Shown one piece after another: positions 1 to 7,953 of a stretch of DNA of 34,448 bases (its first letter is position 1; each line of letters opens with the position of its first letter). The translations under genes were made by a program, and so were the position numbers. The stretch comes from a virus. Taxonomy: Duplodnaviria > Caudoviricetes. Where the stretch lies: positions 1 to 34,448 of IMG/VR virus record IMGVR_UViG_3300030059_002339. One strand, given 5' to 3'. The notes beneath the pieces were generated by a model that searched no databases, was not told the DNA's origin, and was given only the letters and a program-made list of their open reading frames with translations.

Positions 1-114
1 TTTTCCTTGCAGGGTGTTCGGTAAAGGCATGGGTGAGCAGGCAGGGGGTGTTCCGCTGTAACTCTTCGGATTAACCACAACCACAGAGGGGAATGAGCAA
101 TTAAATTGACTCAC
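1..114. repeat. Terminal direct repeat, copy 1 (identical to 34335-34448); contig circularises
   Basis: TTTTCCTTGCAGGG...AATTGACTCAC occurs verbatim at both ends (114 bp). Confidence 0.97.
72..96 (+). repeat. 25-bp direct repeat TAACCACAACCACAGAGGGGAATGA, copy 1 (contains RBS + ATG)
   Basis: Identical to 346-370. Confidence 0.95.
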
Positions 115-148
115 AGAATAGCCTTTTTAGACGAGAGGATTGATAAGA

Positions 149-370
149 ATGGAAAAGATTAAATTTAATGTTTATGAGTACGATTGCAAGGAAGGTAAAT
201 CCCTGTTTAGCGAAGGTGTTAAAAGAGAATTCGGAGAAAACAAAGTTGTAATCGTTGATGGTCATCAAATTATAGCAATCGTAAAGCCACTTCAAGATTC
301 TGGCGGCTTAAAATTAATAGGTTATTTGTACGATTATCCAACAAGTAACCACAACCACAGAGGGGAATGA
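149..370 (+). CDS. Hypothetical protein (73 aa)
   Basis: ORF 140-370; ATG at 149 follows a GAGAGGA RBS; lies between the 25-bp repeats. Confidence 0.7.
   Translation: MEKIKFNVYEYDCKEGKSLFSEGVKREFGENKVVIVDGHQIIAIVKPLQDSGGLKLIGYLYDYPTSNHNHRGE
346..370 (+). repeat. 25-bp direct repeat, copy 2
   Basis: Identical to 72-96; supplies the RBS of the next gene. Confidence 0.95.
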
Positions 371-636
371 TTATGAATAACTTAAAGTTTAAGGCTGATG
401 CCGAGGAATCTACAGACGGCCGCGAGGCGTCAGAGTGCAAATACTGCCATAAATCAAAGCATCCACCACAAATGTCTTCGCGTTATATTTGCCGCGTCTG
501 CTCAAATTCAGCGCAGAAGAAAACCCAGGCTAAATTAAGGGCCGCAAGGCGTGAGGACAGAGACGCCCGTGCAAGCGCAAAAATATACCCGCTTTCTCAA
601 AGTTGGTCTAACTTAGCCATTGTGGTCACTGCTTAA
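367..636 (+). CDS. Small putative zinc-binding protein
   Basis: CKYC...CRVC pairs; GAGGGG RBS; stop overlaps next ATG (TAATG); start may be 373. Confidence 0.65.
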   Translation: MIMNNLKFKADAEESTDGREASECKYCHKSKHPPQMSSRYICRVCSNSAQKKTQAKLRAARREDRDARASAKIYPLSQSWSNLAIVVTA

Positions 637-1205
637 TGGCGACTAAGTGCAGAGTTTGCGATGCTAAACGATCACAGCGGCAGGTTGATAGTATGAACCC
701 TTGTTGTGAAAGTATTGATTGCCAGGTGACGTACTCAATGCAATCTAAGCAGCAGGCCAAAGGTAAAAAATTAGCGGGGGCGGCATGGCGGGCAGATACG
801 GCAGCAAGGAAGAAAGCCGCAAAATCAAAAGGCGACTGGGCAAAGGAGGCTCAGCGAGAGTTTAATAGGTTTATAAGGCTAAGGGATGAGCCGGACGTTT
901 GTATAAGTTGCGGGCGGCATCATGCAGGCCAGTATCACGCAGGACACTATAAGACGGTTGGCGCTAACCCAGAGTTGCGTTTCAATGAGTTGAACTGTCA
1001 TAAACAATGCGCCCCATGTAATAATCATCTTAGCGGTAATATTGTTAATTATCGCGTCAGACTTATTGATAAAATAGGTCAGGATGATGTCGGTTTTATC
1101 GAAGGGCCGCACAAGCCAAAAAATTACATCATTAAAGATTTAGAGCGAATCAAATTAAAATACAAGGTTAAGGCAGATGAGTTACAAGCAAGGTGCAAAT
1201 TTTAA
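636..1205 (+). CDS. ninG: NinG/Rap-family recombination endonuclease
   Basis: [43 protein letters not shown] motifs typical of lambda NinG. Confidence 0.92.
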   Translation: [189 protein letters not shown]

Positions 1206-1305
1206 GCACATTTATAAGAAAAACAGCCTAGATTTGTTGTCTATAATGGGCGGCTTTGCGGGCTTAATCGTGTTTATGCTATTATTGAGCGACAATATAA
1301 ACTAA
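1177..1305 (+). CDS. Possible small single-TM protein (42 aa, MSYKQGANFKHIYKKNSLDLLSIMGGFAGLIVFMLLLSDNIN)
   Basis: Translated by hand; one hydrophobic stretch; weak RBS; overlaps the end of ninG. Confidence 0.35.
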   Translation: MSYKQGANFKHIYKKNSLDLLSIMGGFAGLIVFMLLLSDNIN

Positions 1306-1319
1306 CTGAGATAAATGCA

Positions 1320-1457
1320 ATGGCAGGCGGAAACCCTAAAAAGAGAGCAGCACCAAAAACAAAATCGCCAGAAAATAAAGCCGTAACTAAAGTGGTAAAA
1401 AAGAAGCCTGTCGCTTCAAAACCAATAAAGAAAGCGCGCCGTAAGCCGACATATTAA
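1320..1457 (+). CDS. Small very basic Lys/Pro/Ala-rich peptide (45 aa)
   Basis: Translated by hand: MAGGNPKKRAAPKTKSPENKAVTKVVKKKPVASKPIKKARRKPTY; stop is 1 nt before the next ATG. Confidence 0.6.
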   Translation: MAGGNPKKRAAPKTKSPENKAVTKVVKKKPVASKPIKKARRKPTY

Positions 1458-1458
1458 A

Positions 1459-1926
1459 ATGACTCTATACCTTTTCGCATTAATAATTGCATCAGCATTC
1501 TTGTCAAGCTCGGTATCAATGCTGATGTCTGGGCTTTTGTTTGCCATGCTTTCGATGCTGCACTTTATTGTATTTGGCAGGATTAGCGGGGAGGATTACG
1601 GGTATTATTATGCGGGAGCAGCGCTATTTGATATGATTTGCGTGATTTGTACTTGTTTAGCTGCGGTCGCCTTTGGTAAAGATTGGCACCTGTTCCCTTT
1701 GGCTATTGTTATGCTGGTTTCGATAGTTAATAATCTATTGGGGCTATTTGTTTGGTTTTATAGGCTGAACTCTGAATTGTATGTTATGGCTGGAGTATTT
1801 TTATACTTAATGGCGGCCTTTGTTTTGCTAGGGAGTAGGTTTAATGTTGGGGGATTACTTGGCCTTAATCGGTTTGGCCCTTTTCATTTTGTCCCAGCTG
1901 TTAATCGCGTATTGCTGGATAAGTAA
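1459..1926 (+). CDS. Multi-pass membrane protein (4-5 TM) upstream of the lysis genes
   Basis: Several long hydrophobic segments. Confidence 0.75.
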   Translation: MTLYLFALIIASAFLSSSVSMLMSGLLFAMLSMLHFIVFGRISGEDYGYYYAGAALFDMICVICTCLAAVAFGKDWHLFPLAIVMLVSIVNNLLGLFVWFYRLNSELYVMAGVFLYLMAAFVLLGSRFNVGGLLGLNRFGPFHFVPAVNRVLLDK

Positions 1927-1952
1927 AAGTCATTTGGATGTAATACAGGATT

Positions 1953-2273
1953 ATGCAGAGATTAGCAGTGACAGAGATTATGACGATACCGGCTACGGGC
2001 TACACGACAGCATTGATGACGGGTAGTGCGGCTTGGTCTACTTATTTTGAGAAAATTACTGTATATGTAGGTATATCGGCAACTTTGGTCGGCATCGTGT
2101 TGTCGCTAATTATAATCAGGGCTACGCTGACAAAACACAAGAACGATAAGCTATCTGAGCTGGATAGGCAGGCTATGAACGCGTTACAAATGCGAAAAAT
2201 TGAGTTTGAGTTTGAGCAAATAAAATACACTGCAAGAAAAGCTAAAAAGTGTCAACAGCAAGATGGCGCTTGA
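1953..2273 (+). CDS. Putative holin/antiholin-like membrane protein
   Basis: AGGA RBS; 1-2 TM segments plus basic C-terminal tail; directly upstream of the endolysin. Confidence 0.6.
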   Translation: MQRLAVTEIMTIPATGYTTALMTGSAAWSTYFEKITVYVGISATLVGIVLSLIIIRATLTKHKNDKLSELDRQAMNALQMRKIEFEFEQIKYTARKAKKCQQQDGA

Positions 2274-2326
2274 AGTTAGTTTTATTTTTGTAGTTTCAGC
2301 CTATGGCCTTATCAGGTGATTATTTT

Positions 2327-2704
2327 ATGACTACTTCAACTAAAAACTTTAACCCCGAAGTCGACATTAAGCTGCGATGTAATTGCGGACATGAGAAGTG
2401 CGACCGTCGAAGTGTTAGCCAAGATAAGCTTGATAAGGTTCAGCTTATTAGGGATGACGCCAAGCGCGGCTTGGTTATTACATCAGGTGGGCGATGCCCG
2501 AATCATCCTGACGAGGTAAAGCGAACAAAGCCAGCCGACCATCAAAACTGTGTCGCGGTTGATATTCGCGTTTATGGTGGTGTAGAGCGCATGGAATTAG
2601 TCAGACTTGGATTAAAGCATGGCGCTAATGCTATCGGAGTGGCCAAGACTTTTGTTCACCTTGGATGGCGTGAAGATTCTCCCCCTGTTATGTGGACATA
2701 CTAA
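2327..2704 (+). CDS. Endolysin, peptidase M15 (Zn peptidase) family
   Basis: CNCG, ITSGGRCPNH, H..CVAVDI and FVHL motifs; AGGTGA RBS before ATG 2327. Confidence 0.88.
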   Translation: MTTSTKNFNPEVDIKLRCNCGHEKCDRRSVSQDKLDKVQLIRDDAKRGLVITSGGRCPNHPDEVKRTKPADHQNCVAVDIRVYGGVERMELVRLGLKHGANAIGVAKTFVHLGWREDSPPVMWTY

Positions 2705-3108
2705 TGAGTTTGAACCCTTTAGATTCAGCTTTTAACTTTGGTAGCACACTGCTAGATAAGTTTTTCCCAGACAAAGACGCTGCAAACAAAGCAAAGCTTA
2801 TGCTTCTTGAAATGAGGCAGAACGGCGAGCTTACAAAACTGCAAACAAGCGCAGGCATAGTAACGGCAGAGGCTAACAGTGATCGTTGGTTGGCGGCTAG
2901 CTGGCGACCGATAACGATGCTTACATTCGTATTCATCATTGCTAATAATTACATTCTCTATCCCTATTTATCGTTATTTTTTGAAAAAGCGCCAAAGCTA
3001 GTAATCCCCCCTGACATGTGGTCATTACTTAAAATAGGCTTGGGTGGATATGTGGTGGGTCGCAGTGTTGAAAAGGCCGTCACTGGGCTAAATAAACCAA
3101 ATGGCTAA
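2704..3108 (+). CDS. 3TM holin (GTA-holin-like family)
   Basis: LDKFFPD, AEANS..WLAASWRP, GLGGYVVGRSVEK motifs; TAATG coupling to the endolysin. Confidence 0.85.
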   Translation: MSLNPLDSAFNFGSTLLDKFFPDKDAANKAKLMLLEMRQNGELTKLQTSAGIVTAEANSDRWLAASWRPITMLTFVFIIANNYILYPYLSLFFEKAPKLVIPPDMWSLLKIGLGGYVVGRSVEKAVTGLNKPNG

Positions 3109-3307
3109 TCATCTCGACAGCTTTCTTGAACAGGTACAGCGCCAGGGTATAGCGGTAACGCTGGTGGTCGCTGCTAGTTTTGGCGGCTATCACATAATGA
3201 CGAAAATGAATGATGATGGTGTGAAGGTTTTAAAAGACCATATCACCGAGATAAAAGCAGACAAAAAACTGCTATTTGCCGAGTTGTTAGAGTGTTTGAA
3301 GCAATAA
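3101..3307 (+). CDS. Small single-TM, coiled-coil protein at the end of the lysis cassette
   Basis: Hydrophobic GIAVTLVVAASFGGY followed by heptad-like C-terminus. Confidence 0.55.
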   Translation: MANHLDSFLEQVQRQGIAVTLVVAASFGGYHIMTKMNDDGVKVLKDHITEIKADKKLLFAELLECLKQ

Positions 3308-3346
3308 ATGCTATAGTGCGGCATGTAATTAACAGGTTGTAGCCCG

Positions 3347-4777
3347 ATGCTTAGAAATTTAGTTAGAAATGTATTGTCAGGCATTATAAGTGGCGTCATT
3401 AATGGGTCGAGTGGCGGCAACGTCCCACCACCGCTTAATGAACGCTATTTCACCCAGCTAGACGGTCAAAGTAAATACTGGCGCAGAATCGAGCCTGATT
3501 ATGGGCAGACTACCGCTGCCACATTAGAGTGCTTGTTTTATGGCGGGGCGTCAGGGTTTGAGTATTTGGTGGGTAGGAGTTCGGACAGGTTTTATCTAGG
3601 ATTATCAAACAATAATGTTACTTGCGGGAATGGCGGTAGCACTAATATTGGAAATACAGCAATAGACCCAACAAAGATAAATCACGCAAAACTTACAGCA
3701 GACGGTACAAGTGTCACTTTCTTTGTGAACGGCGTTCAGGTTGCACAAGTTGCACAGCTTTGGACTGGGCTGCTTGATGACGTTCAATTTGGCGGCAGCA
3801 ATAGCGGAACCAACAGCTACAGCGGCATTCTAGTTTCAGCAAGAGTTACAACTGACACAGTTGATAACATATACGGGCTAGATACCAATTTGCCTTATGA
3901 TTTGCCGAATGGCGAAGCGTTGGGCAGTGAGCTGTGGGACGGTACGCCTGCCATTGATGGGGGTTGGACTGATAATGGCGGCGGTAGCTTTACCTGCGAT
4001 GGGTCTAGTAACTCAGCTTTAACCCAAAGCATACCAGCGGGACTTACTCAAGGTGACGAAGTTGAAATCACTTTTGAAATCTCAGGCTATGTATCTGGTG
4101 GATTGAGAGGTCTAGTTTACTGTGACGATGGGTATGGCGTAGGCATAGCCCAGACGGCTGATGGTGTTTATTCTCAAATCGTAAGCCTAAGTAACACAGG
4201 GGGTTCAATTACTGACGCTGTGAGGTTACAGAGTTACACCGCCTTCATAGGCACAGTTAGTAATATATCCTTCAAAGAAATACCAACTTCAGCACTAATA
4301 TTCGAGAACGGTTCTATTGACGGCAGCGACAGGTTGTTAGTAACTGAGAGACAAGACAATAGTGGATTCTTAGGAGAGGACTTGTGGCCTGATGGTGTTA
4401 AAGCTATCGCAGGTAACGCTACAACTACGGGTATTAACTCGATAAGTATTAACGAAACAGGAACTGCATTGGCTGCGGTCGGTATAGCTGCACCGGCTGT
4501 GCCTGTCACTCTATCCGGTTTTGCTAATTTGGCAACTGGTCAAGTTGATATTAGCGTTATTCCCGCTTTCGCCGGTGTCGTAGTGTCAATAACGCAGAGT
4601 GGTGCATTCAGTTTCGATCTTGAATCACAGGGCGCTATAAATTTTAAGCGCTCATTTGCAAACGGCGCACAAGCCACGATAACCAATATTAAGGTTGAGC
4701 CAACCTATGATTACGCGGCGGGTGCTGCGCCCCCAGTAGATTCATATTCTGATTCATACACAGACTCATACGAATAG
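3347..4777 (+). CDS. Fibre/spike-like protein with LamG/ConA-like and carbohydrate-binding-like beta domains
   Basis: H-x-x-L-T-A-D-G...FFVNGVQV...QFGG...YSG pattern; repeated I(S/T)NI modules; Gly/Ser/Thr-rich. Confidence 0.7.
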   Translation: MLRNLVRNVLSGIISGVINGSSGGNVPPPLNERYFTQLDGQSKYWRRIEPDYGQTTAATLECLFYGGASGFEYLVGRSSDRFYLGLSNNNVTCGNGGSTNIGNTAIDPTKINHAKLTADGTSVTFFVNGVQVAQVAQLWTGLLDDVQFGGSNSGTNSYSGILVSARVTTDTVDNIYGLDTNLPYDLPNGEALGSELWDGTPAIDGGWTDNGGGSFTCDGSSNSALTQSIPAGLTQGDEVEITFEISGYVSGGLRGLVYCDDGYGVGIAQTADGVYSQIVSLSNTGGSITDAVRLQSYTAFIGTVSNISFKEIPTSALIFENGSIDGSDRLLVTERQDNSGFLGEDLWPDGVKAIAGNATTTGINSISINETGTALAAVGIAAPAVPVTLSGFANLATGQVDISVIPAFAGVVVSITQSGAFSFDLESQGAINFKRSFANGAQATITNIKVEPTYDYAAGAAPPVDSYSDSYTDSYE

Positions 4778-4785
4778 GTAACAAC

Positions 4786-5475
4786 ATGACAGATAGAACG
4801 GAAGCACAAACACTAGGCGTCACCGCCATTTCTGACAAGCAAAGTGTAGCTAATGGTATAGACCCTGATTACGATGCTGCGGCAAGGCAGGCCGTGATTG
4901 ACCGCACGCCTATGAAGGACGAGGTGATTGCAAAGTCAGATTTAATGGACATACTCAATACTCACTGCCAAATGGGAAACACTGCAAAAGTTAACGGGGC
5001 GATACCTATATCAATAACGGGTACAGGCAGCGAAGACCTATACCCACCAGACAACCCACAACCCACCACAGGTGGTGATTATAATGGGTTTGTGAAGGTT
5101 ACGGGGCTGCAAAAGATCTCAGAGAAGGGCGGTTTGTCAGTGGCAAACTCAGAGATTACGGTGGCAATAGCTGGCGATTACTACACAACCCACGCTTATC
5201 TCGATCTATCAACAGACATTAACGGCAATAGTGTTGGATTTATTTTTGCAGTTGAGCGAAGCGGTAATTATGTATTTGGAGACCGCACCATAGGCTCAAA
5301 AGTTTTTAACTCAGGTACGAACAGAAACAACATAGCAGGCGGAGGTTTTCTGCCGGAATTACTTGTTGGTGACAAAATAAGCGTCTGGGTAGCTAGTGAG
5401 CGGACCACAACGTTCAATGTATTTGACGCAAACGTGGGTTTAAATCTTCGCGCCCCAGCCTCTTTGGTGACATAG
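4786..5475 (+). CDS. Putative fibre/spike component with C-terminal C1q/TNF-like beta-sandwich
   Basis: ITVAIAGDYY...LLVGDKISVWV pattern; AGGT RBS. Confidence 0.5.
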   Translation: MTDRTEAQTLGVTAISDKQSVANGIDPDYDAAARQAVIDRTPMKDEVIAKSDLMDILNTHCQMGNTAKVNGAIPISITGTGSEDLYPPDNPQPTTGGDYNGFVKVTGLQKISEKGGLSVANSEITVAIAGDYYTTHAYLDLSTDINGNSVGFIFAVERSGNYVFGDRTIGSKVFNSGTNRNNIAGGGFLPELLVGDKISVWVASERTTTFNVFDANVGLNLRAPASLVT

Positions 5476-5477
5476 GC

Positions 5478-5810
5478 ATGAAAGTTCAACACAGAACGTT
5501 TATAAATAAAGACTGTAATAAGACTGTTTTCGGGCCGTTGTTTGACCGTAACCCGTATCATTTAAAAGTGGGTACAAGTGGCCACGCATTTTTTACCGAT
5601 ACTCTTCGCGAAATGGTTGGTGATTTAACTCTAGTCTACGACAATATAAACCTATTTCAGTATGACGACTGGACAGGGCAGGAGTTATACGAGTACATCA
5701 GCACAGAGATTGGCGAGAACAGTTACATGGGCGCAATAGAAACGACCGAGGCGCAGAGCGGCTTGATGGTTGCCTATTTTGCCACTATTTCACAACCTAT
5801 AGAGCCTTAG
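5478..5810 (+). CDS. Hypothetical protein (possible fibre chaperone)
   Basis: ORF coupled to the fibre-like gene; function inferred from position only. Confidence 0.55.
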   Translation: MKVQHRTFINKDCNKTVFGPLFDRNPYHLKVGTSGHAFFTDTLREMVGDLTLVYDNINLFQYDDWTGQELYEYISTEIGENSYMGAIETTEAQSGLMVAYFATISQPIEP

Positions 5811-5823
5811 GTTGGCTCTATAG
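5797..5823 (+). terminator. 10-bp perfect hairpin (CTATAGAGCC/GGCTCTATAG), possible terminator
   Basis: Inverted repeat spanning the stop codon; weak U-tract. Confidence 0.5.
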
Positions 5824-5870
5824 TTATCACAGTGTTAAAATTTAATTATGATTAAACAAGGGTTAGGGTT

Positions 5871-6218
5871 ATGACTGTAAACATTAGCAGGGTAGTTACT
5901 ACAATCGGTGAGAATAGCGATGGTATCACCGAAGATGGCGAGTATTTAATACTTAACGGACAGGCAGAAAAAACAGGCAAGATCAATGTGCGCTGTTCAG
6001 GTGAATTTGGCGGCTCAACTGTCAGCGTTGGTTATTTTGAGAAGGGTGTGTTTTCTACTCAGAACTTACCAAGCGAGAACCCTGCGGCATTTACCGAGTC
6101 ATTCGCTTTGCGCTTTGATTGCGGTACGTTTAATAACATTGGTTCAGGCCCAGCAATACAGATCGCAAGCGTTAGCGGTACAACTGATGCGGTGCTTACA
6201 GTCTCAAGTATTGACTAA
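5871..6218 (+). CDS. Small beta-rich virion protein (possible spike base)
   Basis: SGEFGGSTVSV motif; all-beta composition. Confidence 0.5.
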   Translation: MTVNISRVVTTIGENSDGITEDGEYLILNGQAEKTGKINVRCSGEFGGSTVSVGYFEKGVFSTQNLPSENPAAFTESFALRFDCGTFNNIGSGPAIQIASVSGTTDAVLTVSSID

Positions 6219-6219
6219 T

Positions 6220-6238
6220 TGTTATAATATAACATAAC
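6220..6238 (+). promoter_or_regulatory. Putative late promoter, extended -10 (TGTTATAAT), upstream of terS
   Basis: TGnTATAAT followed by TATAACATAAC, a motif shared with 12082-12092. Confidence 0.5.
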
Positions 6239-6281
6239 GGCCACACGGGCCTTAAACGAGTGCTAGAGAAGGAGTAAGGTT

Positions 6282-6587
6282 ATGGCGGCAACAGTAGCGG
6301 CTAAGAATAAAACAATCAGGCAGGAGGCGCTAAGAGACTTTCTATCTAATCAGAAGCTTGTTGAGAAAGTAATTGATAACGCTAAGAAAATGGAGGAGCA
6401 GGCGGTAACAATGGACGCCCAAGAGCTTCAGGGCTTAAAGTACGCAACAGACACGCGCTTAAAGCTTGTCGCTAAGTATCTGCCAGACCTTAAAGCTATG
6501 GAGCTAACAGGCGAGGGCGGTGGTGATATTGGTATAGATCAAGTGTTAACGGTGGAGTTTGTAACAGTTGAAAATAAAGCTACCTGA
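6282..6587 (+). CDS. terS: Terminase small subunit
   Basis: KLVAKYLPDLKAMELTGEGGG C-terminal motif; AAGGAG RBS; immediately before terL. Confidence 0.8.
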   Translation: MAATVAAKNKTIRQEALRDFLSNQKLVEKVIDNAKKMEEQAVTMDAQELQGLKYATDTRLKLVAKYLPDLKAMELTGEGGGDIGIDQVLTVEFVTVENKAT

Positions 6588-7953
6588 TAAATTCCAGCCA
6601 CTATTTAAACCTAAGCGCGTTAAGGTTTATTTCGGTGGCCGTGGCGGTGCCAAGACTGAGAGCATCATCAGGGCGGGCTTGATACTGGCAAAAAGTGAGC
6701 ATAAGAGGTTCTTATGCTTGCGGGAGTTTATGAACTCTATTGATGACTCTGTACACGCTGCCATTAAGGGTATTATTGCGTCTGACGGTTTTACAGGCTT
6801 TGAACAGTTAGCTAATAGGATTGATGGCCCCAACGGTTCGGGCTTTAAGTATGGGCAGTTGGCGCGAAACCTAAGCAGTATTAAATCAAAGTATGATTTC
6901 GATATTGCTTGGGTGGAAGAGGCTGAGACTATCACGGCTGAATCAATCGAGGTGTTAGAGCCTACTATCCGTAAGTCTGGCTCAGAGCTATGGTATAGCT
7001 TGAACCCAGCGCGTGAAGATGGGGCGGTATATTCTAAATACATTCTTCCACACATAGATGAGATTAATCGCACCGGCTTTTATGAAGATGACGACCTATA
7101 CGTCTGCAAGGTTGGGCTAGAAGATAATCCTTGGGCACCAGAGAGCCTATTAAAAGCCTCTGAAAAGATGAAGGACGATAATTACGACTTGTGGTGCCAT
7201 ATATGGGACGGGCAACCAAGACGCGATTTAGATGATGTTATTATCCAGCCTAAGTGGATTGATGCGGCGATAGATGCCCATAAGAAACTGGGCTGGGACG
7301 TTATGGGCGTTAAGAGTCTGGGGTTCGACCCTGCTGATGCCGGTAGTGATGCCAAGGCTATTGCCTTTCGACACGGCTCATTGATTGAAAAGGCTGAGAG
7401 CTGGACGAGCGGTGATATTACCAGCGCGATACCCAGGGCGTTTGATAGCGCTGATGATTGGCGAGCTGACCATATTGTATTCGATGCTGATGGATTGGGT
7501 GCTGCTGTAAAGGTGGGGCTGGACAAGCGAGCAATGAGCAATATGGTTGTGACGGCTTATCATGGCGGAGCATCTGTTGACAACCCAATGGTTAAGTATG
7601 AGAGCAATCGCAGCAATAAAGATACATTCAGAAACAAGCGAGCGCAGTATTACTGGTTATTAGCTGACAGATTCAGAAAGACTTATGACGCGGTTGTGGG
7701 CGGCAAATACTGCGACCCTGATGAATTGATTAGTCTGGACTCATCTATTCCAGAGCTAAAGCAGATTAAAAGTGAGCTATCCAGGGTGTTAAGGAAGCGC
7801 ACGAACAACAGTAAAATACAGCTAGAATCTAAGCCTGACATGGCAAAGCGGGGCGTTAAGTCGCCAAACTTAGCGGATGCCATAGTTATGTGTTTTGCAA
7901 ACCCTTTAACGGTAATTGATGCCCCATCATTAGAGTTTGACGAATTATGGTAA
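6568..7953 (+). CDS. terL: Terminase large subunit (PBSX-type)
   Basis: Walker A GGRGGAKT, CLRE...S, Walker B IAWVEEAE, SLNP, nuclease GFDPAD and SPNLADA. Confidence 0.96.
   Translation: MKIKLPDKFQPLFKPKRVKVYFGGRGGAKTESIIRAGLILAKSEHKRFLCLREFMNSIDDSVHAAIKGIIASDGFTGFEQLANRIDGPNGSGFKYGQLARNLSSIKSKYDFDIAWVEEAETITAESIEVLEPTIRKSGSELWYSLNPAREDGAVYSKYILPHIDEINRTGFYEDDDLYVCKVGLEDNPWAPESLLKASEKMKDDNYDLWCHIWDGQPRRDLDDVIIQPKWIDAAIDAHKKLGWDVMGVKSLGFDPADAGSDAKAIAFRHGSLIEKAESWTSGDITSAIPRAFDSADDWRADHIVFDADGLGAAVKVGLDKRAMSNMVVTAYHGGASVDNPMVKYESNRSNKDTFRNKRAQYYWLLADRFRKTYDAVVGGKYCDPDELISLDSSIPELKQIKSELSRVLRKRTNNSKIQLESKPDMAKRGVKSPNLADAIVMCFANPLTVIDAPSLEFDELW

Noticed and set aside
1-114. 114-bp terminal repeat as a biological direct terminal repeat
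   Set aside because: It cuts through the structured intergenic RNA, and the terminase is of a type usually linked to headful packaging; more likely an assembly overlap of a circularly permuted genome
1844-2026. 60-aa TM-containing ORF overlapping two membrane genes, as a possible nested spanin or antiholin
   Set aside because: No lipobox at a signal-peptide position and it overlaps two better-supported genes; a GGGAG lies upstream, so it is not fully excluded
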